A DNA stretch of 64,000 bases from Eledone cirrhosa. Lineage: Eukaryota. The stretch lies in contig OZ024743.1 of assembly GCA_964016885.1 (NCBI GenBank), positions 104,718,001 to 104,782,000 of the forward strand. The letters run 5' to 3'. The translations under genes were made by a program, and so were the position numbers. Positions 41,050-53,768 of the stretch are shown here, piece by piece (within the stretch, counting starts at the first letter, position 1; each line of letters starts with the position of its first letter). The notes below the pieces were generated by a model that saw nothing but the letters and a program-made list of their open reading frames with translations, searched no databases and was not told the DNA's origin.

Positions 41050-41500
41050 AGTTAATACAAGCAGCCGAAATGGGGTTCTTTCGAGAGACGTTATTGGATA
41101 GGGTGCATAGCTCGGAGATCAGAGAGTTGCTTCAGGTAGAGCCGCTACTTGTGCAGTACACTGGATATGGAGTTAGAATGTCTAAACCAAAAACAGATTT
41201 TATAGGCAAAGCTAACCGCCAAGAGACTCAAAAGTGGACCACGACCAAAATGCTTGGATAACATCCAAAACTTAAGTTGGTCTCGCTGGGAGATTCAATC
41301 GGATCATTTGGAGACGGTTCCCTGTGATAAGACCTTCAAGAAGGCGTGTCTGAGGACTCTGTCTCCACAACTCTCAGCAATAAGTGTACGAGAATAAAAC
41401 AACAGAAGAAGAAGAAGAAGAAGAAGAAGAAGAAGAAGAAGAAGAAGAAGAAGAAGAAGAAGAAGAAGAAGAAGAAGAAGAAGAAGAAGAAGAAGAAGAA
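41050..41500 (+). mobile_element. RTE-clade LINE 3' fragment followed by (AAG)n
   Basis: Translation QAAEMGFFR..LLDRVHSSEIRELLQVEPLL is typical of post-RT RTE/Expander sequence. Confidence 0.6.
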
Positions 41501-41727
41501 GAATTGCGTCATTTTCATCCCTGTTTCCTCTCCAAATATTGAAAGTCATTGAAGACATGTGGGTTAGTCGCTGTGCCTTTGAGTATAGCACTTTATTTCG
41601 CATTGTCCCAGTCCACTCAGCTGGTAACAAATGAAATGTACCTGAAATGGAGAGCGCCAATTGTTTCACAATCGTTTCACCAAATAATTTTATTCTCATA
41701 TCTATCATATAGCATAATATATGACTC

Positions 41728-41761
<34 letters not shown>

Positions 41762-41847
41762 TTGTTCACATAATTTCTCTCCCTTTCCCCCCTCGCTCCT
41801 TCTCCTTATACACACACTATATCTCTCTCTCTCTCTATATATATATA

Positions 41848-41878
<31 letters not shown>

Positions 41879-43039
41879 TTTTGTCTGTCTGTCTGTCCGT
41901 CTGAATGTATGTATGCATGTGTATCTGCATGTATATGTGTATGTGTGAGTGTGTGAGTAAGATTTTGGGTTGATATGTATGTGTGTTGAGTGTGTAGGCT
42001 TCCAGTAAACAATTATTTTATTATCGATTCTTAAAGTGTGGCCTACAAGCTATAGGAGTTGATACGGCTCTTGTTTTCATAATTTCTCTTTGACATTTAG
42101 AAGATCATTTAACTTTCAGTCTCACAAGTCACGTAACTGGGGGTGGAAGGGGATATATCTGTTAGATCTTCTGGGAATTCGGTTTACAACAGACTATCAA
42201 ACGGGAAATCATTCAATTAACATAACTACGCCACAGTCAATGAGAAGAGAACAATCGGTACCATGAATTGCTAGAAATAGCAGCCAAATCTTCTTCGAAT
42301 CCCACTATAGTGTATTAAGAAGGGGAAGGATATATTCGATAATATAGCCCTAGATATACATACATAGGCCTATATTATATGAAACCAGGAAAGACATTTC
42401 TAACATCTAAAATTTAGGCTTAAATTAGCCACCATCACAGCTATAAACAATACATATTTCTTGGTTGTCATCTTGAACCTAACCATAGACAAGTAGTAGA
42501 CATAATGATGTCACATGTAATTAGTTCCCACACCATCCAATAGTAAGAGAAGAATCACATTAAAAATTTATTCACACTTTTTGACTGCTTAAATCTTACG
42601 TTTAATATTGTAAAAACGCCATAGCTTTAATAAATACACTTTTCTATATTTACTACAGTTGTTATACATAAAGCTACCAATATGAAAAATCAACCAAACC
42701 AAGGCCCACAAACATCCAGTAATACAAATACGTGTCCCTTTAATAAGCCATGCAACGATGAAGCAGTTATCTATCAGATTAAAGTCACTTCCACCAGACC
42801 AAAATGAAATATCGTATTCAATCGACTTCTCCGTCCCTTTCAAATTGCTGGCCTTGTGCCTAACTTAGAAACAATTATATATTTTGACACTATTATCCCA
42901 TTACCATTATTGTAGCTTTCTGATAAAACATTATTTTCTTTTCTGTATATCTGGAGAAAGAGGTATGGTTGAAGCATTGTAGTTTGAATTTACCTTTCAC
43001 AATATTAACATACATTTCAATTTAACCGATTTTGTTCTT

Positions 43040-45135
43040 CTTGGGAGAGGTCTAGAAATGGTGATCCAAACATATTCTGTCTCACCTTGAAGCTAGTCAG
43101 CAACCTGCGACTGACAGCTGTTCATACCGACAGGGAAAATAAGAAGATGAATAGTAATTTTCAAAAGAATTGAATTGCATTGAATGTTGCCAGATGGAAC
43201 ATTAGAACACTTCTTGGCAGGGAACCATACACAAATCCAGGACGCAGAACTGCTATTGTTGGCAGAGAATTGAGCAGGTATATTGATATAGCTGCACTCT
43301 ATGAAATGTGTCATAGTGGGGAAGGAGGTCATTTATCAGAGAGAGGTGCTGGCTATACGTTCTTCTGGAAATGGAAGCCAATTAGGGAGAAAAGAAATGG
43401 AGGAGTAGGTTTGCTGTCCGGACAGAGTTCACAAAACGACTGGAGAAACTACAAGGCATTAGTGATCGAATTATGGATATAAGAATTCCTCCTTCAAGGG
43501 GACGTTTCATGACTATTATTTCAGGGTATGCCCCCACCGTGGATAGTAGCCAGGAATCAATCATGGACTTTTACCAAGATTTACGAAATTACACGTTCGT
43601 CAAGATCTTGATTCTTGGAGATTTTAATGCACGTGTGGGAAAGGACGAGCACATCTGGAGTATTTTAGGACATCAAGGCATGGGCAAGATGGATGCTAAT
43701 GGTCGTCTCCTCTTGCAATTGCACTGGGTTTCAGCTGGTCATGTACAATACTTTTTTTTAACAAAAGGAGATCCACAAGACAACATGGATATACCCGAGA
43801 TCCAAACATGGACACATATTGGATTACATCATCATCAGGAAGAGTAACTTCCAGGATATCTACTCTGTAAGAGTAATGTGTGGTGCAGAATGTGGTACTG
43901 ACAACAAACTTGTGGGTGGCAAGGATAAGGTGCAAATCATAAGAAAATTTAAGACAGTAGGGAGTACAAGTGCCAAAACGTATAGATGTGTCTAAACTGC
44001 TAAATTTAGAAATGCGAAATGCTTTTTAAAATGCACTCGACAACGTCGTCTTTGATGTAAGTTGGGATCAGTTTAAAAAATAGGTTTACAGTGCTGGGGC
44101 TGATGTATTTGACCTTAAGAAGACAAAACACAGAGACTGGTTTGATGATAATGATGCCGCAATCTCCATGCTCATTGAAGAGAAGAACAAGCTGTACGAG
44201 AAGTGCCTTGTTGCAGAGAAGCAAAATAAAAACAGCTATGTAAAGCACGAAAAATGAAAAATAACTGGTGGTCTGAAGTTTCAGTAGAGATGCAGAGATT
44301 CTTATAACTGCAGAGACTTAAAGCCAGGTTTTTGGTCCACAGCCCTAAAAAATGAGGAAATTATTAATGGACTGCCGCAAAAGGAAACTGTAACATATGA
44401 ATGATCTAACCATTGATGATATAAGGTCTACTATCAAAGAGATAAACATAGGGTAAGCTCCAGGTTTGGATAGAATACCTGTTGAACTGATCCGCTTTAG
44501 AGGAAACAATGTTGCTATGGCAATTCATGGTCTAGTCTTATCTGTATGGCATGGTGAGCCTGTCCCGCAAGATGGGTAGATGTAATTCTTCTCTCTATTT
44601 ACAAGGGCAAGGGTTCCAAGACTGAATGTGGTAATTATCGTGGTATACGTCTGCTCGAATCGGTAGGGAATGTCTTATCCAAGGACTTGCTGAATCGTAT
44701 AATAAAATGGGTACTATGGACATGATTTTCTCAGTCCGTCAGCTTATGGAAAAGTGTGTTGAGTAACAAGTGCCACTATACCAAGTATAGGTGAAATGTA
44801 TGTGGCCGATTTCTTCTAACAAGAGCTGGATTTGTCAACCATCCGAAGTCACACGAGCCAGGGAGAAATCGAGCAATCTATGAGATGGTTCTACCGCCAC
44901 ACAGTTCACGGTACATTCGAAGTGAGTGTGGCTTAATTTGCAAGTCAGCTGGTGGACTGACCAGACATGGCATTATGAATAAAGACACACCCCAACCGGC
45001 ATTACCAGGAGACAGAGAGTTCAAGTGTCACGTTTGTGAACGTGCCTGCAACACAAAAGCGGGTCTGAAAAGTCACCCGCGTGCAATGTTCAATGAAGGG
45101 ATAGCATTCTTCTGTCAAGAAGTAACAATCAGCAT
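43040..45135 (+). pseudogene. Decayed, internally deleted RTE-clade LINE
   Basis: WNIRTLL, IDIAAL, GYTFFW, LGDFNARVG, APGLD, YKGKG, NYRGI; the RT core is missing; ends in C2H2-like motifs (CKSAGGLTRH, CHVCERACNTKAGLKSH). Confidence 0.85.
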
Positions 45136-45149
45136 GTTTCTATGTACGT

Positions 45150-46050
45150 ATACATATGTGCATTTTTGTATGTATGTTCTTCTGGTTTTATAATTTCACA
45201 AATGTTTGCCAATAGAGAGAGAGTCGGTTTCTAGCATAGTTACAAGACTCTCTCATTGGAATTTACGCAACATCATCTAGGTAGATATGTATGCATGCAT
45301 GCATGTGTAGGTATGGATGTTATTGTATGTGTGGATGTGTATGTTTTGAGTTATATGTGTGCATGTGTATATGCTTTGTATCTGTACATGTGTATATGCA
45401 GTTATTAGATGCACATTTTTTGGAATGTTTTACATATTTTTACTGTTCGATTAATGGATAGTACTTGTAATTTCCTAACTAGTTCTGTCTTTCTGTTCCC
45501 GTGAAGCCCAGCTTCTCAAGAGTTGTATTGAGGCAGTTACTAACATATCCCAGTGCCCCAATAATCACAGGCATAGATCTGAAGGTGTAATCAGGGTGGA
45601 GTATCTGCAGATTTCTCATCAGTTCTGCATAAATATTCGCCTTTTCGTTAATCTTTGACATTATATCGGCATCTGCTGGGCAGCTAACTTCCACTACTGT
45701 GCATGCCTTCTTTTCCCTGTCCTATATCACTATGTCTGGTCTATTATGCCTGCATTTTATTGGGGTTTTTACCGGAACATTCCACCAGTACTCTTTCATA
45801 TTATGTATATGTATGTCTTCCACCATTGCTGTAGCTTTTAATACGTTTATTATCGGGGCTATCTTTTCTACGGATTGCATTGTACAGTGTTTTGGCCACT
45901 ACATCATGCCTCATAGGTAGATAGTACCGCGATGACATCTTTGGATAGCTGCTTATGACATGGGTGACATCTTCGATGTTAATTCTGCAGAGTCTGCACT
46001 TGTTTTTACTTCTAGGTGTTTTGCCTGCATCCCTATCTCTTTTGTGAATC
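45150..46050 (-). pseudogene. R4/Dong-clade (RLE) non-LTR retrotransposon 3' fragment
   Basis: CRLCRINIEDVTHVIS..RHD, WNVPVKT..HNRPDIVI, EVSCP, EK..Y, PVIIGALG; then 3' UTR and (TACA)n. Confidence 0.85.
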
Positions 46051-46059
46051 AGGTATTTT

Positions 46060-46385
46060 ATGTATGTGTATGTATGTACGTACGTATGTATGTATGTTCT
46101 GGTTTTATAATTTTATAAATTTTTACCAATAGAGCAGGAGAGTCGCTTTCTAACATAGTCTCAAGACTCTTTCATTGGAATTTAGACATCAACTAAGTAG
46201 ACATGTTGTATGCCTGCATACGTGCGTATCTGTGCAGATGTGCGTGTTATTGTATGTGTAGATGTTTCGAGTTATATGTGTCCATGTGCATATGTTTTGT
46301 ATCTGTACATGTGTACATACAGTTATTACATGCAGAATTTTTGGAATGTTTTACATATTTTTACTGTTCCATTAATGGATTGTAT
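46060..46385 (-). mobile_element. Second copy of the R4/Dong-associated 3' segment
   Basis: Diverged direct repeat of 45165-45460. Confidence 0.7.
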
Positions 46386-46811
46386 TTGTATGTATGTATG
46401 TATGTATAGGGAGCTTATAGATAGGACAACACACGCTGTCTTTTCGTGGGGTAAGTTTTTGATTAATATTTGTATTCTGAAGCATCAAAATACAACAAAT
46501 ATTTACTCACTGGACTCGGGAATATCATGACAGAAGTTTGTGGATGTTACACAAATATTTTCACATACTTTGCCAGAGCAAACCTTATTTATATTTTACA
46601 TTTTACATTTACTTACATCTCAATATAACATGGCTAAAATTCAAATTTTTCAAAGAGAAGAAAACGGACAAATGAACTAGATATATCTCACTTCCCCCCG
46701 CCACCACAATAACGTCTACATTCTCTACCACCACATTTACATTTACACATGTCATTACCCTTGTGGACTAAAGTCACTGACCTGTTGCCAAACTCTCTAC
46801 TCTGTGTTGAA

Positions 46812-46900
<89 letters not shown>

Positions 46901-46904
<4 letters not shown>

Positions 46905-47862
46905 GAATAATCGAGTATCGGAAAATCAGCTCACGAGTTTACGATAAACAAATCCGACATGAGTGGCAGAGGGCTCAATAATTCAGATAAATCAGAGCTA
47001 TAACTATCGTTAAAATACCAACACACAAAGATTATGCCTAAAATCACCCATGCAGCCGAAAAATAACGACCAGGAAGATTCGGGTCACTCAGATAAAATA
47101 TCAATAAATCAATAATTCATATGAATGTAAAAACTTACCCGGACCCACTAGAAAGATAGTAAATCTAGCTTCTTGGGTTTCTGCAATTCCTTAATCCGCC
47201 CCCTATCAGCCCACATAAAAATATATAAGACTTCTAGAGAGCGGATGGACCGGAACACTTTATCAACGGGTCATGTCCAAACGAATAAAGAAGCTAACTT
47301 TAGCTGTGACGCACATGGAGTCCAGCAAGGGAGATAACCTCTATATCCGCGAAAGATTTTCGGTAATGTGGGAAACCACATATCGAATAAGAGTGCTCGA
47401 TAGACATGTTAAAATAAACAGGAGCTATTCATCATTCAATAGAATCGTCAAAAAATGAACAATAAAATTAACTAGTCAATAGCTAAGTCTAGAGCTAAAT
47501 ATAATAGAATAATCGAGTATCGGAAAATCAGCTCACGAGTTTACGATAAACAAATCCGACATGAGTGGCAGAGGGCTCAATAATTCAGATAAATCAGAGC
47601 TATAACTATCGTTAAAATACCAACACACAAAGATTATGTCTAAAATCACCCATGCAGCCGAAAAATAACGACCAGGAAGATTCGGGTCACTCAGATAAAA
47701 TATCAATAAATCAATAATTCATATGAATGTAAAAACTTACCCGGACCCACTAGAAAGATGGTAAATCTAGCTTCTTGGGTTTCTGCAATTCCTTAATCCG
47801 CCCCCTATCAGCCCACATAAAAATATATAAGACTTATAGAGAGCGGATGGACCGGAACACTT
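46901..47862 (-). mobile_element. Retrozyme/Penelope-like unit A: 602 bp monomer x1.6 between (TA)n tracts
   Basis: 46901-47260 is repeated almost exactly at 47503-47862; non-coding; carries an HHR. Confidence 0.7.
47137..47271 (-). ncRNA. Type I hammerhead ribozyme, U3-A8 core variant with extended stem II
   Basis: Minus strand ACCCG-TTGATAA-AGTGTTCC...GGAATTGCA-GAAA-CCCA...TGGG-TC-CGGGT. Confidence 0.65.
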
Positions 47863-48125
47863 ATATATATATATATAAATGAAAATAGAGAAATTAATGT
47901 GAGCAAGAAGCCAACAGTATTTCATAATATATAAGTGACTATAACGTCAAGATGGAAAATATTTAACGTAAGATATGGGAAAATAATTCAAACTCAATTA
48001 AAAAAAAGTCAAGACAGAAATTTTATCCACAGATTTTGTGAAATCCAGGGAAAAAACAATAGAGTCTTAACTCAGAATAAAATTAAGGTTAAATACACAT
48101 CCTTCAATTTGGAAAAACTACAAAT

Positions 48126-48206
48126 GCTCTATATAGTCTTAAAAAGACTGTTTCGCGAAACTTTTCAGTGGTATTAGTCACGGTTGGAATCGCTCATCAG
48201 TAGAGC
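48126..48206 (-). ncRNA. Type I hammerhead ribozyme, unit B copy 1
   Basis: Minus strand GCTCTA-CTGATGA-GCGA...TCGC-GAAA-CAGTCTT ttt AAGACTA-TA-TAGAGC. Confidence 0.85.
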
Positions 48207-48754
48207 TCAAAACACGATAACCAAAATTCACTGCTAAAATATGCCAGAAAGGGAATTTAAAAGCAGACTAGTGCACCTCGTGTGGATTTATGAAAATAAA
48301 CACACATGGAGAACATAGCTAGTGACGTCAGAATGAGACGAATGTCTGTTTACAAGAAACAGCAGTCAAAACATTCCGAAAAACACTCAACAAAAATGTA
48401 TGGAGTTCAGCATATAGCAATATTATCGCGGTTAAAAAAAAAAAAGACCAGGATTAGTCACAAATAATTTTAAGCACTCTAGGAAAAATTCCGAGTATAA
48501 ATATAAATGAAAATAGAGAAATTAATGTGAGCAAGAAGCCAACAGTATTTCATAATATTTAAGTGACTATAACGTCAAGATGGAAAATATTTGACGTAAG
48601 ATATGGGAAAATAATTCAAACTCAATTAAAATAAAGTCAAGACAGAAATTTTATCCACAGATTTTGTGAAATCCAGGGAAAAAACTAATAGAGTCTTAAC
48701 TCAGAATAAAATTAAGGTTAAATATTCATCCTTCAATTTGGAAAAACTACAAAT

Positions 48755-48835
48755 GCTCTATATAGTCTTAAAAAGACTGTTTCACGAAACTTTTCAGTGG
48801 GATTAATCACGGTTGGAGTCGTTCATCAGTAGAGC
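48755..48835 (-). ncRNA. Type I hammerhead ribozyme, unit B copy 2
   Basis: Same fold, with stem II ACGA...TCGT. Confidence 0.85.
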
Positions 48836-49314
48836 TCAAAACACGATAACCAAAATTCACTGCTAAAATATGCCAGAAAGGGAATTTAAAAGCAGACTAG
48901 TGCACCTCTTGTGGAATTATGAAAATAAACACACATGGAGAACATAGCTAGTGACGTCAGAATGAGACGAATGTCTGTTTAGAAGAAACAGCAGTCAAAA
49001 CATTCCGAAAAAAACTCAACAAAAAAATATATATATATATATGTATGTATGTGTGTGTATATACATCACTCAGTCAAACGACCAGATTTCAACCCTAACA
49101 TCTACAACAACACCGGCACTAATGTTTACAGCAACAACAGCTTCAGAATGAAATGAAATGAACAACATTTACAACAACAGCGGCATCAAACGATAAAACA
49201 ACAACAACACATACACAACACAACAACAACACCAACTGCCACCACCACCATCCACCGCCGCCATCACCATCACAAGCGATCGGGCCTTAAGAAAACAACA
49301 ACTTTAATAATAAT

Positions 49315-49460
49315 AATTTTTCTGCTTTTGGCACGGAGCCAGCGATTGTCCCAGCGCATTACTGGTACTCTCTTTAGTTGACTCCGCGGGGATGAAAGGC
49401 AAGGTTGGCCTCGGCGGGATTTGAGCTCGGAGCGTGGAGGGCCATAGCTCTATGATATAA
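49315..49460 (-). mobile_element. Meta-domain-like SINE, 5'-truncated
   Basis: Family motifs on the reverse strand. Confidence 0.75.
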
Positions 49461-49689
49461 AGCAATTATAATAATACTGAACGGTAACACGAATGGCTTC
49501 AACTATAGGAACTCTTTCGAAAGTCAACAGTTGACATAATCTTGTATCAGAAATGACGGTAATATATATATATATATGTATGTGTGTGTAAGTGAGTAGC
49601 ATGTGTTTGTTTGTAGGCATGAGTGTTGGTGTGTGCGCGCGTATGTATGTATGTGTATGAGTGTCAATAAGTGAGTTTTTTTTATGCGC

Positions 49690-49990
49690 GGGGACATAGA
49701 AATAGTCGGGCTGGATACCTGATCGCGCAGTTAAACCACTGGAAGTGAAGAACCCCTAGCCCTTGTCAGGGAATTCTTCTAGGAGAAGGCATCTCAAGAA
49801 ACTGGATTAATTACGACATAAAACCTGCGGCTCAGTAGTTACCGATGATGTTGATCTTTTCTTCTTTTCGGGTTATAGCTACTGTCGCTCAGAGAGTGCG
49901 ATTGGCTCAGTGCACAGTCTTTCCTCACTTTAAAAATATTCTTCACGCACAGGCATTGCACGATTGCATTAATTAATAATTATTAATAGT

Positions 49991-50036
<46 letters not shown>

Positions 50037-53000
50037 GGCGGTGGATTGGCAGTATCGGTATATAGTCGGACGCCATGCTTTCCAGCATAGTTACGTTCCT
50101 TTACGGTTTGAGTTCAAATCCCGCCGAGGTTCACTTTGCCTTTCATCCTTACGGGGCCGATAAAATAAAGTACCAGTATTGTACTGGGTAATTGCTGGCC
50201 TTGTGCCAAAAGTAGAAACAATTATTATTATTATTATTGTTACTTTTTTTCTTCCCCAATTAAATGATGTTCCAAAACAATATAAAAGAGATAATTGGCA
50301 ATAAGGGTTCTGGAACAAAAGATATAATTGGCAATAAGGGCAGGGGCCCCAGGTTATCACAGCCTGGGCCCGCTCGTCATCGTGCCACTGTAATAGAGCC
50401 AAACAAGGTATTTAGTCTTGGCTGCTGGAACGTACGGACGCTGCTTGACAGGAATTCCTTGTTGCAAAAGAGCTTCGACGTTACGATCTTGACATCGTAG
50501 CTTTATCTGAGACAAAGTTAGCTGGAGATGGTCATCTTACAGAATTTTGTGGAGAATATACATTCTTCTGGAAAGGAAGAGATGAAGGAACCAGAAGTGA
50601 GGCTGGGGTAGCATTTGCTGTTAAGACTGTTTATGTGGATAAATTAGAAGAATTTCCAGTAGGGATTAGTGAGCGCCTTACGTCCATGAGAATTCCGCTG
50701 GACAAAGGAAGATATGCGACCCTGGTGAGTGTGTATGTTCCAACTATGAATTCTGTCAATGAAGTAAAAGTGTCCTTTTACCATGCCTTGGATGGTGTTT
50801 TAAGAAATATCCCCCAGGCAGACAAAGTCATTGTGCTTGGTGACTTTAATGCTAGAGTGGGTAGGGATTTTAACACATGGAATGTAATCGGAAGGCATGG
50901 GGTGGGAAAGTGTAACAACAATGGTATGCTCCTACTGCAGATGTGTGAGGAGCTGGATCTGTGTGTTACCCACACCATGTTCCAACAAAAGAACAAATTT
51001 AAGACTATATGGATGCATCTTGCATCTAAGGAATGACATCTTTTGGACTATGTCAGGATGCGTGGTAGACGGGATGTGCAGTGTGCTCGTGCTCTTCATG
51101 GAGCTGAGTGCTGGACGGACCACCGCCTGGTACGCGCAAAAGTGAAACTAATCACTAAACGGGCTCCTGGTGTTACCCTGCCCAGAAGATTGAATGCTGC
51201 TCGTCTTAGGGATAAAAATGTGAAGAAGACATTGCGAGAAGAGATGCAGGTTGTAGATCTTGGTGAGGATTGGCCGACCCTTAAAAAGTCGGTTTATGAT
51301 GTAGGCAGGCGTGTTCTGGGATTGGTGCAGAGAAAACATCAAGACTAGTTTAATGAGAATGATGAACACATAGAAGACTTGTTGGCTGATAAGAGGCGTG
51401 CTCTGTCACGCTACTTGACGGCAAAACCACAGGAGAAGAATATGTTGCATAAGGAACTCAAGGATGTGAAATCACGTGTTAGGCGGAGTCTTTCTCAGAT
51501 GAAGGATCAGTGGTGGAGTGAGAAGGCTGGTGAGATACAAACTGCGTCAGATTCCAATAACACAAAGCTGTTGTACAGTCTCTTGCGTGAAGTTTACGGA
51601 CCGTCTTCTCTGGTGACACCGTTTCGCAGCAAGGATGGCAAAGAACTTCTTCGTGACTCACAAGGAATTCTACGAAGGTGGCGAGAGCACTTTTGAATCA
51701 GCCGTCTGTCGTCAATGAAGATTTCCTCAATCTCATTCCAGAAAGTCCTGTGAAAGTAGCTCTCGCAGAACCTCCGACGCTTGTGGAGGTTGCAGTGGCT
51801 ATCTCGAAGCTGAACAGTGGAAGATCTCCAGGTATCGATGGCATACATGCAGAGCTCCTACAATATGGTGGTGAGAGACTTCTTCAACATCTTCACTCTT
51901 TGTTTGGCAGGATATGGGCTAATAAATCCGTACCTGAGGACTGGAGAGATGCAGTAATGGTGGCCTTGTACAAGGGAAAGGGTAACAGGAATGATTGTGG
52001 GAACTATAGAGGTATATCATTGCTTTCTGTCGCAGGGAAAGTTTTATGTAGGGTGCTTCTGGACCGTCTGCTGACATACATTGCAGATTGTGTTCTTCCT
52101 GAAAGTCAATCTGATTTTCGTGCTGGACGCGGCACTACTGATTTGATCTTCTCAACTAGAGGGCTCCAGGAGAAGTGCATGGAACAAGGTTTGGATCTGT
52201 ATCAGGTTTTTGTCGATCTGACAAAAGCTTTCGATACTGTTAACAGAAACGCATTATGGAAGGTTCTCCAGAAACTTGGATGCGCTGATAAGTTCCTTGC
52301 TTTAGTTAGGTTTTTCCATGACGACATGAAGGCTTGGGTTAATGTCGGAGGTAACATGTCGGAGCCTATCTCAGTAAAAAATGGAGTGAAACAGGGGGAT
52401 ATTCCAGCACCGACCCTGTTTGCCATATACTTTGCAATGGTTTTCAGTAGTGCATTCAGGAATTGCGAACATGGTATTTACATCCGATATCGAACCTCAG
52501 GCAGCATATTTAACATCAGGCGCTTTGCTGCAAAAACAAAAGTATTTACATCAATCATAAGAGATCTCTTGTATGCAGATGATTGCGATCTTGTATCGCA
52601 CACAGAGAGTGATATGCAGCACATTTTGAATGCATTTTCTGATGCTTGCACTGCCCTAGGATTGACAGTCAGTCTCAAGAAAACCGTCGTCATGTACCAA
52701 CCTGCCCCTGGTAAGCAGTACAGTGAACCAAATATCTATGTGTATGGTAAACGACTTGGAGTGGTTGATCAGTTTGTCTACCTGGGAAGCACTGTCAATC
52801 GATAAAGCAACCTTGATAATGAAATCTCACTCAGGATTAGGAAAGCAAGTGATGCTTTTAGAAAGCTAGAAAGGCGACTCTGGCGTCGGCGAGACATATG
52901 CAAAAAGACAAAGGTAAAGGTGTACAAGGCATGTGTGCTCTCTTCTCTTCTTTATGCCTGCAAGACCTGGGTCACATATCGACACCACCTTAAGCAAATG

Positions 53001-53712
53001 GAGCGTTTCCATCAGATGTGTCTCAGACGGATCCATGGCTCTCTGTGTGAGAGCATAGAAGCTCTTGTGCTTAAGCAAAGACCCCGTTGGAGTGGTCACC
53101 TTGCCAGGATGAAGAATTCTAGAATACCAAAACAACTCTATTATGGAGAGTTAGTTAAAGCAAAACGACCTCCACATAAACCCAAAAAGAGGTATAAGGA
53201 TTCCTTGAAAGCCTCTTTGAAAGACGCTAACATCTCTGCTGATACATGGGAAAATGTTGCTGCTGATCGTAATAAATGGAGAAAGAAAAGACTGTATATG
53301 AGAGGAAAGTTGCCTTTGAGGCATCTTGAATCGTATACGAGAAAGTAAAGCGGGATGTGAGGAAGGGCATTGCTGTTGCATTCCAGACGGCGAAGGTTCT
53401 CCTATGGTGCTGACATGCAGCGTCTGTGCGAGACTCTGCCTAAGCAAAGCTGGACTCGAAAGTCATCTTCGCAGTCATAAAGTGAGACCAGTGGTTGATT
53501 ACCAGGCTGTTGTTGGAGATGCTACTCATCATGCTTGCCAAGCATGTGGTAGAGAATGTAAATCAGCAGGAGGGCTCAAACGACATGCAAAAGTTCTCCA
53601 ACCACAGCCGGCTATTCCCAGTGAATGTTTTGGTTGTCAACTCTGTGCAAGACATTTTAGATCATTGGCTGGGCTAAAAAGCGACATTCGATCGCAGCGC
53701 TGTTAATTGCTA

Positions 53713-53714
<2 letters not shown>
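49690..53714 (+). pseudogene. Near full-length RTE-clade LINE with stops and frameshifts
   Basis: RTE-like 5' UTR (CTAGGAGAAGG), WNVRTLL, LGDFNARVG, TDH, SPGIDG, NYRGISLL, DLTKAFD, GVKQG, YADD at 52572, YLGS, three C2H2-like fingers at 53415-53700, then (GT)n. Confidence 0.92.
50037..50238 (+). mobile_element. Meta-domain-like SINE in an (ATT)n tract within the putative RTE 5' region
   Basis: Complete head-to-tail copy flanked by (ATT)n on both sides. Confidence 0.9.

Positions 53715-53768
<54 letters not shown>

Larger units (their letters stand above)
47878..49027 (-). mobile_element. Retrozyme/Penelope-like unit B: 629 bp monomer x1.8 between (TA)n tracts
   Basis: 47878-~48395 is repeated at ~48506-49027 with scattered substitutions; one HHR per copy. 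Confidence 0.75.

Noticed and set aside
49690-49960. HDV-like ribozyme at the RTE 5' end
   Set aside because: Some RTEs have one, but I could not build the nested double pseudoknot by eye; this needs a descriptor search.
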